64,000 bases of DNA from Podarcis cretensis. Lineage: Eukaryota. Positions 51,273-63,255 of the stretch are shown here, in pieces (position 1 is the first letter of the stretch; the number at the start of each line of letters is the position of its first letter). The notes beneath the pieces were generated by a model. It was not told where the DNA came from, did not search any database, and saw only the letters and a list, made by a program, of their open reading frames with translations. Location: the NCBI GenBank assembly GCA_951804945.1, contig OX638154.1, positions 47,368,001 to 47,432,000 of the forward strand, in the 5' to 3' direction. A program made the translations under genes and the position numbers.

Positions 51273-54200
51273 CTGTATATATAAACCACATGTCTGAAAC
51301 CCCACAGATTAGGTCCTGAACAAATTGACCTCAAATATTTCTCTGCAAGGTCAGAGTGGGAAACCTCCCCATTGTCTCTTTCCTCACAAATCCTGTCCTC
51401 ACAAATCCTGTTTTAAGGGCACATTCAAGATATGAACAGAGTGTGAGCCTGTGACCTGTGACCTAGGTTCAGGAATTAAGTAGTTATAATAACCAAAGAG
51501 TGGCCAAAACCCAGATAATGCAATCAGGTAACTTGTCAGACAGGAGATAAAAAAACGCACTCAGATTTCTGTTGTAGACCGCCTTTTCTATAATGTAGGT
51601 ATGATGTATCTGGGGGGTGGTCTTGGACTCCAGGGCGGGCAATTTAAAATGTCTATAGAAGGGCTTGCACGCGTGGCTCTGGGGCCTCCTCCTGTTGTAT
51701 GTGGGGGAGCACAATGTTGCAAAGATCAGAACCTACAAAAGAACTCTATATGGGCTCTTGGGTACCCCATAAGGGAAAAGGAGCAGCTTTTTTACTTATA
51801 TCAAAACTATCACTTAGTCCCTAGAATGGCACTAGAGCTGAATGAAAGAGAAATTATCAAAAATCACAAGAAAAATATGACTGTTCCTCTTATTCAAATA
51901 CAGGTCCCTGAGATTATTTATATGAAGTTGACTAATTTCCTTAAACAATCTAAATGAAAGTAGGGAAATGGCTTGAGAGCAGTCTGAAATGCCAGTTTAT
52001 ATTTGTTGAAATATTGTGCCTACGTAAAAGGTGTGTGCTTTAATGTGTTCTGTACAGCTGAAATCCTAACAGGATGTGATACAGTCAAGTCACACATACA
52101 AATTGGCCTTTTTAAGAATTACAAAGCTACAAAGGCTTCAGGAGCTGTCCTTCCTAGCTACTATTGTGAATTACAACTTGGCTTAGGAAATTGTCTCCCC
52201 CAACCACCAGCTTACTGATTAACTGCAACACTTGCTTCATATCTACTGTTTATGCATCTCTCATCTACTTCATTGTTTAGTCTCCTTCATAATCATTAAT
52301 ATACTTTATGTTCATATTGTGATGTGAAATTTCCACTAACTCTTCCAGAAGCAACACTATGTTAATGGCAAACCTCAAAAATGTAGACAGGTGTCTTTTT
52401 TTCCAAGGCCAAATTTACCTCCACATCCCTCTCACTGATCTTACTGCAAGCAAAGGTGTTCTGAAAATGGAAATGGTTGTGGCTCAGGAGTAGAGCAGAA
52501 AGTTGCAGGTTTAATCCTTGATGTTTTCAGGTGGGGCTAGGAAAAACCCCTACCTAAAGCCATGAAGAGATGCTTTCAGCCAGTGTGGACAATACCAAAG
52601 TGATGGACCAGTGGTCTAACTCAGGATAATGTGGCTTCCCATGTCCCTAAAGTATAGGTACTACCCTCTATTCAATATTGGCAAGCCTCAGTAGATGAAG
52701 ACTTTTTTGTAGTTGAGTAATTTTATAAATTAAGCTTGTCCAACCACTCAAGACCTGTGATCAAGTTCCCATCCATCTCAGATTTACCACACCAAAATCT
52801 TCATTCTTCTAATCCATCTAGCTGGATTGCCTATTGGAAGTGCTTTAAAATCATGAAACTGGGTAGCATGACTAAATATGGAGTTCATATTATTTAATTT
52901 TGCTCCCAGAAGTCTTATCCTGAAGTTCTGTTTTTCAGGAATTTGTCTGCATCTATGCGGACCGGATATTTCCTTATGTGAGATTCTTGACATATTTTAA
53001 TTTAAGGCCTATGGCTCAACCACAATCCAGATCACAGTTCCACTGATTTCAAATGGTGCATGGTGTACTGGACTGCAGCTTTGAGCTTTTAAAAACTTGA
53101 TAAATTGTCAAGACTTACAAGATGAGAAACAACTGGCATTGGCTTTTGCAACCTCCCTTTCAATGAGCAACTTAACCCTGCTCCACAGGTCACAAAGTCA
53201 AATGCTAAAATACTGGATCAGGAAATACCTTTAAGCAATAACAAATGATTCAACACTAATGATTCCTTCAGCGTGTGTGAGGCAGAAAGTTGTGGAAACA
53301 TTGCTTTTTCCTTGCATTTTAACCCTGCTTTTCTTCACAGCTGATTGCTCCAGTAGAAATAGGAATACATCTGTCCAAACAGCTGGAAAAATATCAAGAT
53401 GTCCTGAAGGAACTCCTAACAGAGATGTTACCCAATACTCAGAATGGTACGATATTATCTGTCTCTCCCTTTCCTTGGAAGTCCTCGGCGCAGAAATTCC
53501 AGGAATAGCTTTTGTGTCATGTTGACTTGCTTTTAGAAAACTCCTGACCAAAGATCAGAAATCCTTCTTCTATCAGCAGTGATTGCAGTCAAGAAAAAGT
53601 ACACCCCAGCCACATTTTTCATTGGCACAATGCTTTCCCACTTAGGCCTCATCCACGTGGCCTTTTGTCCTACTGCTTTCCTCCAGGGAAAACCACTCCT
53701 TTGGCATTCAATCAGAGCAAACAGCAATATGGTTATCCACTCAATTGACATTTGCTCCAATTTAGCACTAAAGATCAGGTTTTCCTTGAGTAAAGGAGTG
53801 AGGCAAGGGGGAAACCACTCAGACCCATGCCTAGGTAAAAGGTAAGGCAGAGGACCCCTGCATGGTTAAGTCCAGTCAAAGGTAACTATGGGGTTGCAGC
53901 GCTCATCTCGTTTTCAGGCCAAGGGAGCCGGTGTATGTCCACAGACAGTTTTCTGGGTCATGTGGCCAGCATGACTAAACCGCTACTGGAGGACCATGAC
54001 GAGTGCCAGAGCGCATGGAAACACCATTTACCTTCCCGCCACAGTGGTATCTACTTGCACTAGTATGCTTTCAAACTGCTAGGTTGGCAGGAGCTGGGAC
54101 AGAGCAATGGGAGCTCACCCCGTCATGGGAATTCAAACCGGGGATTCAGCAAGCCCAAGAGACTCAGTGGTTTAGACCACAGTGCCACCTGCGTCAGGTT

Positions 54201-55754
54201 TTCCTTGGGTAAAGGAGCAAGGCAAGGGGGAAACCACTCAGATCCATGCCTAGAAAGTATGGGTCAAGCAAAAAAAAACCTGCTTGGACCTGTGGCAATA
54301 CATCAGCTACTGAAAATCGTAAAGGTAAAGGTAAAGGTACCCCTGCCCGTACGGGCCAGTCTTGACAGACTCTGGGGTTGTGCGCCCATCTCACTTAAGA
54401 GGCCAGGGGCCAGCGCTGTCCGGAGACACTTCCGGGTCACGTGGCCAGCGTGACATCGCTGCTCTGGCAAGCCAGAGCCGCACACGGAAATGCCGTTTAC
54501 CTTCCCGCTGGTAAGCGGTCCCTATTTATCTACTTGCACCCGGAGGTGCTTTCAAACTGCTAGGTTGGCAGGCGCTGGGACCGAGCAGCGGGAGCGCACC
54601 CCGCCGCAGGGATTCGAACCGCCGACCTTTCGATCGGTAAGTCCTAGGCACTGAGGCTTTAACCCACAGTGCCACCTGCGTCCCTACTGAAAATCGTATA
54701 TGTGACCAAAAAAAACACACCCTACCATTGTTCTGTGCCCATTTTTATCAACTGTGGAGTTGCTCTCCTATATTGCACTTCTGTGGCAAACCTGGAGTTT
54801 TGTGTGGTTATGGTACGCAATGAATCAAGGGCTTCAGACTGGACTATGCATTATTTTCATGTGAGCTATTCCTGTTTCTCTCTGGAACTGATAATAAACT
54901 TGGAAATGAATTACACTGTGGGTTTGTAAAAAGATATTGCTGTTAATAACTCTTTAGGATTGCTTATCTTTCAGCCTTGAAATCAAAGGGAGTTTATGTA
55001 CATGAGCTTGGGCACGATCAGAGAGCCTCATCTTGCTGAAAAGTTCCAAGCTATGCAAAGCGGGAATGGGGAATTAAAATACTAGTCCCAGGATTCTACT
55101 GAATAGCTAAAGACATTTGGATAGGATGTGACAAAATATTCAAATTACCTCTGCATCCACAACTGGAGCCAGGTACTCAAAGACATGTGCCAACTTAGCT
55201 CTTTTGAAAATTTAATTAAAATCTCAGAATATCGTAATCAGAACTCCCAATAGCCTAATAGAGTAGGATTGTAGTCTGTCCTACACATGTGGGCTGAGCA
55301 GGGCTTACTACTGCTGTTTGAAAATGCGGATCAGTTTAACATCATAGACATGTTTAGCCATTCCCCCAGAAATGCAACATCGTAAAACACACATGCAACT
55401 CCCCACCCCCATGTCTCTGCACATGTTCCTCTTTAGACCGCCAGGCAATTAACACAAAGGTCTGTAGAGGGTTTCAAAGTGCATTTACTTGAACACACTA
55501 AGAAGCCTCCCTACCCTCAAGAACACTATCCACAGTTTATGACCTCGTTTGTTCCAGCAAACTTCTGAATAACACCATGTAATTATCACAGAGAATTGTT
55601 ACGAAAATCTACTTAGTTTCAAACCATTTTTATTGTTGAAACCACCTTTTGTTTCTTCATTTGATGGATTAAGAAAATCCAAATTTGATCTTGTACAGTA
55701 TCGATTCACAAACTTACATTGTTGTTTCTGTCTCCTCTCTTTATAGTTAATTGA
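49244..55754 (+). CDS. MLN: Prepromotilin, spliced CDS join(49244..49360,50323..50427,53341..53446,55747..55754), 111 aa
   Basis: 25-aa signal MVPRKVVVTLLFLYMVAMLAKQSEG, then 22-aa motilin YLAFYTPDDFRKMQEKERNRAQ, KK, and associated peptide (...LIAPVEIGIHLSKQLEKYQDVLKELLTEMLP...). The intron splits the peptide at MQ|EKE as in mammalian MLN. Known GRM4-RH2-MLN synteny in sauropsids. Confidence 0.92.
50323..50427 (+). CDS. MLN: MLN second coding exon (motilin 15-22, KK site, start of associated peptide)
   Basis: ccctag|GAG AAA GAG AGG AAC CGA GCA CAG AAG AAA...ATC ATC AAG|gtaaat = EKERNRAQKKSLTLQQQSDTGDFPELSEDEGQIIK. Confidence 0.93.
50445..50690 (+). mobile_element. Decayed L2 RT fragment in MLN intron
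   Basis: CATTACACTGATGACACCCAGCTCTAT = (Y)xDDTQLY RT motif; LRLNPGKTE-like remnant. Confidence 0.6.
51237..51270. repeat. (TA)n microsatellite
   Basis: Direct reading. Confidence 0.95.
53341..53446 (+). CDS. MLN: MLN third coding exon (motilin-associated peptide)
   Basis: ttcttcacag|CTG ATT GCT CCA GTA GAA ATA GGA... = LIAPVEIGIHLSKQLEKYQDVLKELLTEMLPNTQN, homologous to human LTAPLEIGMRMNSRQLEKY; phase-1 donor G|GTACGA. Confidence 0.9.
53835..54193 (-). mobile_element. Sauria SINE (copy 1) flanked by a 60-bp direct repeat
   Basis: Shares GGTCATGTGGCCAGCATGAC, TTTACCTTCCCGCC and AACTGCTAGGTTGGCAGGAGC with the other copies; (ACCTTT)n-type tail. Confidence 0.85.
54322..54684 (-). mobile_element. 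Sauria SINE (copy 2, different subfamily)
   Basis: Full length GGGACGCAGGTGGC...(ACCTTT)n; perfect TSD TACTGAAAATCGTA (54308-54321, 54685-54698). Confidence 0.9.
55747..55754 (+). CDS. MLN: Probable MLN terminal exon coding part (V-N-stop)
   Basis: Strong pyrimidine tract tttctgtctcctctctttatag|TT AAT TGA completes the phase-1 codon; AATAAA at 55867-55872. Confidence 0.6.
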
Positions 55755-55866
55755 TGTTCTCGGAATGAGAAGACAAGAGCGAAAGACTAAACTGCAAATT
55801 TGCAAGATTCCACTTAACAGAAAGGCTGTCAGGAGTGGGGGGGGGGGGGAAATACTTATGCAAGAT

Positions 55867-55872
55867 AATAAA
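55867..55872 (+). other. Candidate MLN polyadenylation signal AATAAA
   Basis: About 110 nt after the predicted TGA. Confidence 0.55.
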
Positions 55873-56175
55873 GCATGAAACTTAAATATATGATTAGTTT
55901 GTTCAAAGTTCATTTGAAAAGATTGACCCAAATGACATCTGAGAACATGAAAGGAAGATGTCACTACAAGTCACTCTGCATATGCAACATACATTAACTT
56001 CCTTCCACCAACATCAAAATACTTTGCAAATCCCAAGCAATTAAGAGCTTGTCCTCTGTACCATTCTCAGGGCCTAATGTATTATGATGATTATAATGAG
56101 GCATAAAGCCCTAGTGTCAGCAACTTCAGGAAGAGAGGAAAGCTTGCCTGTGCATATTTGTGCATATTTACAGTT

Positions 56176-56520
56176 GGACGCGGGTGGCGCTGTGGTCTAA
56201 ACCACAGAGCCTAGGGCTTGCTGATCAGAAGGATGGTGGATCGAATCCCTGTGACAGGGTGAGCTCCAGTTGCTCGGTCCCTGCTTCTGCCAACCTAGCA
56301 GTTCGAAAGCATGTCAAAGTGCAAGTAAATAAATAGGTACCACTCCGGCGGGAAGGTAAACAGTGATTCCGTGCGCTGCTCTGGTTCGCCAGAAGCAGCT
56401 TAGTCATGCTGGCCACATGACCCGGAAGCTGTATGCCGACTCCCTCGGCCAATAAAGCGGGATGAGCACCGAAACCCCAGAGGTGTCCGCTACTGAACCT
56501 AACGGTCAGGGGTCCCTTTA
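56176..56520 (+). mobile_element. Sauria SINE (copy 3)
   Basis: GGACGCGGGTGGCGCTGTGG...GGGGTCCCTTTA; TSD TTTACAGTTG. Confidence 0.9.
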
Positions 56521-56639
56521 CAGTTGTGCTAGTAAATGGAGCTTGAGTCCTGAACCCATCCTGACATACCATTCTTATTTCTCAACTCATGTATATGCTA
56601 TAAAACAGCTTTGCAGGCCACCAAAGTGCCACATCTTAT

Positions 56640-57176
56640 CAGTGCCAGATTTACGTATAAGCTAAATAAGCTATAGCTTAGGGCCCCACTCTCTTGAGGG
56701 CCCCAAAAATTACCATATAGCATATATTCAACACAAAAAACAGCGACAATTTGTTGTTGACAAAGAAAAGCTGAACATATAATGGGCCCCATTACCTTCA
56801 GTAGCTTAAAGGTAAAGGGAACCCTGGCCATTAGGTCCAGTCGTGGCCGACTCTGGGGTTGCGGCGCTCATCTCGCTTTATTGGCCGCGGGAGCCAGCAT
56901 ACAGCTTCTGGGTCATGTGGAAAGCATGACCAAGCCGCAGAAACACCGTTTACCTTCCCGCCAGAGTGGTACCTATTTATCTACTTGCACTTTGACGTGC
57001 TTTCGAACTGCTAGGTTGGCAGGAGCAGGGACCAAGCAACAGGAGCTCACCCCATCGCGGGGATTCGAACCACTAACCTTCTGATTGGCAAGTCCTAGGC
57101 TCTGTGGTTTTGACCACAGTGCCACCCACATCCCTTTCAGTAGTTTAGGGCCTCATTATACCTAAATCTGGCCCTG
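56640..57176. mobile_element. hAT MITE hosting a nested Sauria SINE
   Basis: TIRs CAGTGCCAGATTTA / TAAATCTGGCCCTG; 8-bp TSD CATCTTAT/CGTCTTAT. Confidence 0.8.
56809..57134 (-). mobile_element. Sauria SINE (copy 4), nested in hAT MITE
   Basis: Full-length reverse copy; TSD TTCAGTAGCTTA/TTCAGTAGTTTA. Confidence 0.9.
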
Positions 57177-58236
57177 CGTCTTATGCTCCCATTTGCAAAT
57201 GCTGGACTAGGAAAGTCAAGTTGATGGGTCAGAGAGATGAGGACCTAAAGTGTGGTTTATCGTGGACAGTGGATTCCATGCTTTCCTGAACTCTCATAAT
57301 GCTTTACCAGTATTCTGAGTTAAATAATGAAAACTAACTAAAGGTTTTGAAAACATACCATACAATTTGCTGTCAAGAATCCACAACTATCCATCCCTGC
57401 CTATTTTCCCCACAAAGCACCAAGGTCCCATACAATCTCATTTTACTCTGCTTTCAGCCGAAACATTAGTGAGCTTGTTAGACTGTGGAACAGGGAAGTT
57501 AAGAGGGAAGAAAAGAGGGTGTCACAGTTATGGAGAGATCTTTCATCCTTCACCTGACAAGCGTCCTGACTTCTAAACTTTCCTTCAGCTAATAAGGAAC
57601 ATTGTCCTGCTTCCTGACTGATCCCATGAACCTTCACACCAGAAATAACTGTGTATGCTCATATTACATTAGAGCTAGGGTATCACAGTGGTAGAATGTC
57701 CCTGGCTCAAATTTCACTGCAGCGATAAGCTCACTGCATCTTTAGGGAAACTGCTATTGTGCCAGCCTCCACACACAATCCTGCCCTGCCTTTACAAAAC
57801 TATCTTGTAAATTATTGAGCTACAATATGTGAACCATTTAAATGTGTGATACCAGTGTTAACGAGTATCTTTGGCAGTTCAAGCTGACCCAAGATGTTAT
57901 GTCAATGTTATCAGATGGGCTGACAAAAGGGCAACAGCTACCATCCTAAGATGTGGCATTGTGGTGTCATGCAAAGCTATTGCATAGTATGTTCATGGGT
58001 GTGGAGAGATAAGGCAGCATGTCAGAATGGATTCCAGGCTCAAGCACCTTTCCAAAGATATTTCCACTATTGTTGAGCCAGCTGAATCAACCCTGCACAT
58101 CAGACTCTAACACCAAGTGGTGACCAAAGAATAGTTTTGCTTCTAGTGGCCAATAGTATAGCAGGACAAACCTCCCCTACTTGTCTCACAGTGGATGCCA
58201 AATACACGTTTTGAAATCAATTTTCACAGCTGTGTG

Positions 58237-58240
<4 letters not shown>

Positions 58241-58286
<46 letters not shown>

Positions 58287-58396
58287 TACTTATACCCCAC
58301 CCATCTGGTCAGCCCTACTCAGCCAATCTGGGTGGCTCCCAACAGAATATTAAAAACATGATAAAACATCAAACATTAATACTTCCCTAAACAGGG
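58241..58396 (-). mobile_element. L2 3' end with (AAT)n tail
   Basis: TATACCCCACCCATCTGG...TCTGGGTGGCTCCCAAC matches the other L2 ends. Confidence 0.7.
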
Positions 58397-60451
58397 AAGA
58401 ATTGAGGTGTTATGTTAACCACGTGTGACTTTCCATGAACATGCAATTCACGAGAGTATCAACTCTATATCATTATTACAAGCTCTCAGCTTTCTAGGCT
58501 TCCCTCATGTCTTCCCCTGCCAACATGGTTTGCCTGGTGTTATAGGATCTAGGAATGCACACTGGTGCTTATTTCAACCCTGTAAACAAATCTGCTGGGG
58601 GGAAAACTTAGATATGCTTCAATTTTACATTAATTGCTAGCCACTTAAAGGCCTGACATTTGACGAAGAGCTGTCACTCTCTAGGTGGCACACGCTCTTA
58701 ACAGCAGCAAGGTTTGAAAGGTGGAGGGGGGGGGGAGAGAGAAGCACCATGACAAATGATATGTGTGACACAGATTCAATTCCAATCCAATTTCGTACTT
58801 CCAAGTTAATGTGAATTCTTCTGTCACTCTGAATCATTGAGCGAGCTCAAGTATTGCTGCCAAAATGGCATACATGCCATTCGATCAGCTCTGCACTTTG
58901 CTATGGATGCCAGTCTCAATGAGAACCCTCCGAGGGTCTAATTGATTCCTATGGTCACCAATGGTGGACACCATTTCCATATTAACTGAATAGCATTCAC
59001 ATATATTTTCACTCTTCATTGTTAAGGTAATATGCATAAAAGGATTGCTTTGGCAAGGGGGGAACCAATACAGAGAGAATTTGAACAGATAGAACATTTC
59101 TGGATTCTTTCCTATTGATATGGCATCACCCAGAATCTGCTTTTCTAGAGCACTTTTTCCTGGAAGTGAGTTGTTTTGAAGGATGCAACATGCATTGCAA
59201 TACTGTATGCACACAGTTACAATGGGTCATACCCAGAGGGTTGGTGGTTTGAGCCCACACAGGGATGGCTGTAGGCAGGATTCCTGCATTGCCGGGGTTG
59301 GACTACATGACTCTTGGGATCCCTTCCAAATCTACAGTTCTATGGTACCTGCAAATAAGTCCCACTGAGCTTCAAGAGCCTTGTTTCAGACCAGACATGT
59401 GTGGGATTCTGCTGTTATAAATGCAGCCTAATTTGAAAAGCAAAACAATATAATTTTCACAGTGTCCTTACCAGTCAACATAAATCTGAAATTATGGCAT
59501 AGAAGAGCCTAATTTTTGCAAACATTTGGCTACAGTCAGTTCCTGCCACCTATTTTCCATTTCTGTATATAAACACACATTTTGTCTTCCATTCCCTGCC
59601 ATTGCTTGTCTCTGATGCCTTCCTCTCTAATGAGCCAGAGCAGGAATCAGGTTGTATTCTCCATCTGTATGCAGAGCAGCCCATCTCACTGTTCAGAAGC
59701 CTTTCTTCCCACAGTCACCCCAATCATCAGCATTCAATTGTTCTCCATCGGCTCTAATCATTTATTTTTACCAGCAGCAGCTCATCCAGTTTCTGGGACG
59801 GCAAACTCCATTTGCTGTTCCAAGAATACATGGCTAGCTGCAAACAGGCCTCCAAAGAGATTTATCACAATCCTGCCCCCTCCTTAGATGAGACTGGGAC
59901 AAAAAGAGAGGGAAATGCCACTAAAATAAACTTTGGGCAGACCACAGGACTTGTAATGAGGCGGAAATAAAAACAGAATCCCAGTTAATGCCAGCCTTTA
60001 AAATGTCATCAGCTGGAGCAAAAAAATCTAAATTATGACCCCATTATTTCTTAAAGAAAAAAAGTTACTTATAACAGATTAATAATAATGCACCAACTCA
60101 ATAGTTTTGTTGATCAAATGCTAGTGCCTTAAAGGATGCTTCGTAACTGGCACCCAAGCATCTCTAAAATCCTGATTCCACACACACCCCATGACATATG
60201 ATTCTTATTATTCAAAAAGTGAACTCCTAGGCACATGGAGGAAGGCCAATAACTGTTAATAACTCATTCTCAAATTGCCCCCCTTAAAAATCAAATTGCC
60301 CCACGTTGGGAACCACAGTTCTAGCCATCAAAACCTTTGAATAAGCCTCTTTGGGTAACTCTGGAAACATCAACGTACCATCAATGCCTATTATGTCAAT
60401 GATGGCATTGTTTCACTTCAAACTACATAATAGCATTTGTATTATTATTAT

Positions 60452-60738
60452 GCGAGAAGTGAGGTTACAGGGAACCAGACAGAGGGCCTTCTCGGTAGTG
60501 GCGCCCACCCTGTGGAACACTCTCCCTTCAGATGTGAAGGAAATAAGTAGCTATCCTATCTTCAAAAGACATCTGAAGGCAGCCCTGTTCAGGGAAGCTT
60601 TTAACATTTAACGCTGTATTGTTTTTAATACTTGATTGGGAGCCGCCCAGAGTGGCTGGGGAAACTCAGCCAGATGGGCGGGGTATAAATAATAAATTAT
60701 TGTTGTTATTGTTATTGTTGTTGTTGTTGTTGTTGTTA
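60452..60738 (+). mobile_element. L2 3' end with (TGT)n tail
   Basis: Highly similar to 33040-33285. Confidence 0.85.
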
Positions 60739-60888
60739 TGGCATTGAAATGGTAAATGTATGAAGAGTAATACCAGGCCAATGAGGGGCAAAAGTGAAAT
60801 GATACTCAAAATGGCAATCAGTAAAGGTCCTGTCTAGAAGAAAACACTTTTAACAGAGAAGGGAAAGTTTATTTGGGGCCCTTCCAGA

Positions 60889-60891
<3 letters not shown>

Positions 60892-60930
<39 letters not shown>
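60892..60930. repeat. (TA)n microsatellite
   Basis: Direct reading. Confidence 0.95.
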
Positions 60931-60931
<1 letters not shown>

Positions 60932-62763
60932 TGATTTGTCCGCAGGGAGATTAGATGATGTTGGCTATTTAATGAGCATTCATTCTGCTACATCTGCAGG
61001 GAGGTTAGATGACAATGAACCCAAGCAAGTGATGTCTGGCACTTTTCATTGCAGTTTCCTATCATTTCCCTAAACACAAAAATTCTAGTCATTTGGGAAC
61101 ACGGATAAGTTGTGCAAGAGTTTGAATACTTTGTATTCATTTTAATGTATTTTTTCTTGGTTTTAATGTTTGTTTGTTGTTTTGTTTTTGCTAAAAGTCG
61201 CCTTGAGTTGCCTGTGGCAAGAAAAAGCATCTAATAAAATTAATTAAATAGTAATAATAAAATATAGTTGTACAAGCAAAATTGGCTGAATCCCGCCAGA
61301 AAATAGCATCCGTCTGGAAGCCTGCCTGGTTACACTGATCAAATTTGTCTGCTTAACCCACACAATTTGAAGGCCCGGAGACTAAATACCGAGTTAAGAA
61401 TCTCTGTGAAAGAAGGAGGTAGCACTTTAATACCATATTTATATTAGTTCCTGCTCCATCCTATTAGCTGCTATTTGTGCTTTCCAGTTAAGACAAGACA
61501 CAACTTTACCCTCACGCTCCCGGGCTTTTCCCCTCAGACCAGACGCTATCCTTTGTTAAACATACACTTGCAGCTGCTAAATGGATTAAGAAATTGCACT
61601 ATAATTTGCAGGCACCTCCTTTAATAAAGAAAGAAAGTTGAGCATGGCTTGATCCTGATGCCCCGAATTAGAGTAAGTGATGAGAGCAGAGTGGCTTTGA
61701 AAGTAAGGCACCAGGAGGCGGAAGCATCACAACCAACTCCACCCCCCCTCCATACTTTAATGCTTTCATTAAAATCAAAGGCACAATTGCTCACTGAAAT
61801 AGCACCAAAATGCATCTTCTAATCAGCTGACACAACTCTATAAAAGGCTGCATGTTCTCCCCTTACGACTGCACCCAGTAGAATCCAGATGAAATTTCTC
61901 AACTTCAAAGGTCTTCACACATCTTAAAAGGGAATATAAACTGCGTAAATGAGAGGAGGAGGATTTCTCCGCTGATGGGACCAACCACACAAGGCTTTTT
62001 TATGTATGAGCGGTCTAGCAACACCCTGTCAGCTTATACTCTGCGTTGCTCTAATGACTCAAAGGGGTGCTACAGAAAGCTAAATAATACATACACCACA
62101 TACAATTCCATTTTCCCCCTCAAGCAGCGCTAGTAATTATTACAATTTACATAACTTGGAAGAACTTGGGACGAAGGGTGTTTAAAATGAATAACCAGAG
62201 AGGGACATGTGAAATGAGGCAATATGTCCCACTGGCATGCCTCTGAAAAAGAAAAGATGACTCTCCAAAATGCAAGGTTTTCATTTCTTACAGAGCTTGA
62301 GGGCTAAATGCTAAACTTCTGTAGTTGCATAGATCAGGTCTGGGGAGCTTTTTTCAGCCCAAGGACCACATTTCCTTCTGGAATCCTCCAAGGACTGCAC
62401 ACCACATATTTTGTACAGTAGGCTAGCTCCTACACATCCCTCACATGCACTCTCTCTTTCATCTGTTCAGACAAGCAACGTGTATTGTTATATATTGATA
62501 AAAGTGTTTGTATACTGCTGCTCACTAAAAAAAAATCCAAGAGGTTTACAACCACAATAAAAACCATATAAAAACTGAAAGCCAGAATTCAAGGGCACAT
62601 TCCAGCCAAGCAAAAGAAGCTGGGCTGCAAAGCAAGACCAGTGAGGGTGTGGTCTGAAAAGCATTTTGAGGGCCAAATAGAGATCTGGAGTGCTACATTT
62701 GGTTCCCAGGCCTGAGGTTCCACACTGCTGGCATAAATAATCTCAGTAATATATATTCCAACA

Positions 62764-63098
62764 GGGACGAAGGTGGCACAGAGCCTAGGACTTGCCGATC
62801 AGAAGGTCGGCGGTTCGAATCCCCATGACAGGGTGAGCTCCCGTTGCTCGGTCCTTGCTCCTGCCAACCTAGCAGTTCGAATGCATGTCAAAGTGCAAGT
62901 AGATAAATAGGTACCACTCCGGCGGGAAGGTAAACGGTGTTTCCGTGTGCTGCTCTGGTTCACCAGAAGCAGCTTAGTCATGCTGGCCGCATGACCCGGA
63001 AGCTGTACTCCGGCTCCCTCAGCCAGTAAAGCGAAATGAGCGCCACAACCCCAGAGTCGGCCATGACTGGACCTAATGGTCAGGGGTCCCTTTACCTT
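62764..63098 (+). mobile_element. Sauria SINE (copy 5)
   Basis: GGGACG...CCTTTACCTT; 16-bp TSD TAATATATATTCCAAC (62747-62762, 63099-63114). Confidence 0.9.
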
Positions 63099-63114
63099 TA
63101 ATATATATTCCAAC

Positions 63115-63255
63115 TACCTCAGAAGGTGGTGGACTCACCTTTGTTGGAGATTTTTAAACAGAGGTTGGATGCCCATCTTTTCCTGTTGTGATTCTAGCAC
63201 TGCAGAGCGTTAAGCTAGAAGAACCTTGCGGCCCCTTTCAACTCTACATGGTTCT
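63115..63255 (+). mobile_element. CR1 LINE 3' fragment
   Basis: GGTGGTGGACTCACCTTTGTTGGAGATTTTTAAACAGAGGTTGGAT...CCTTTCAACTCTAC typical CR1 3' end. Confidence 0.6.
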
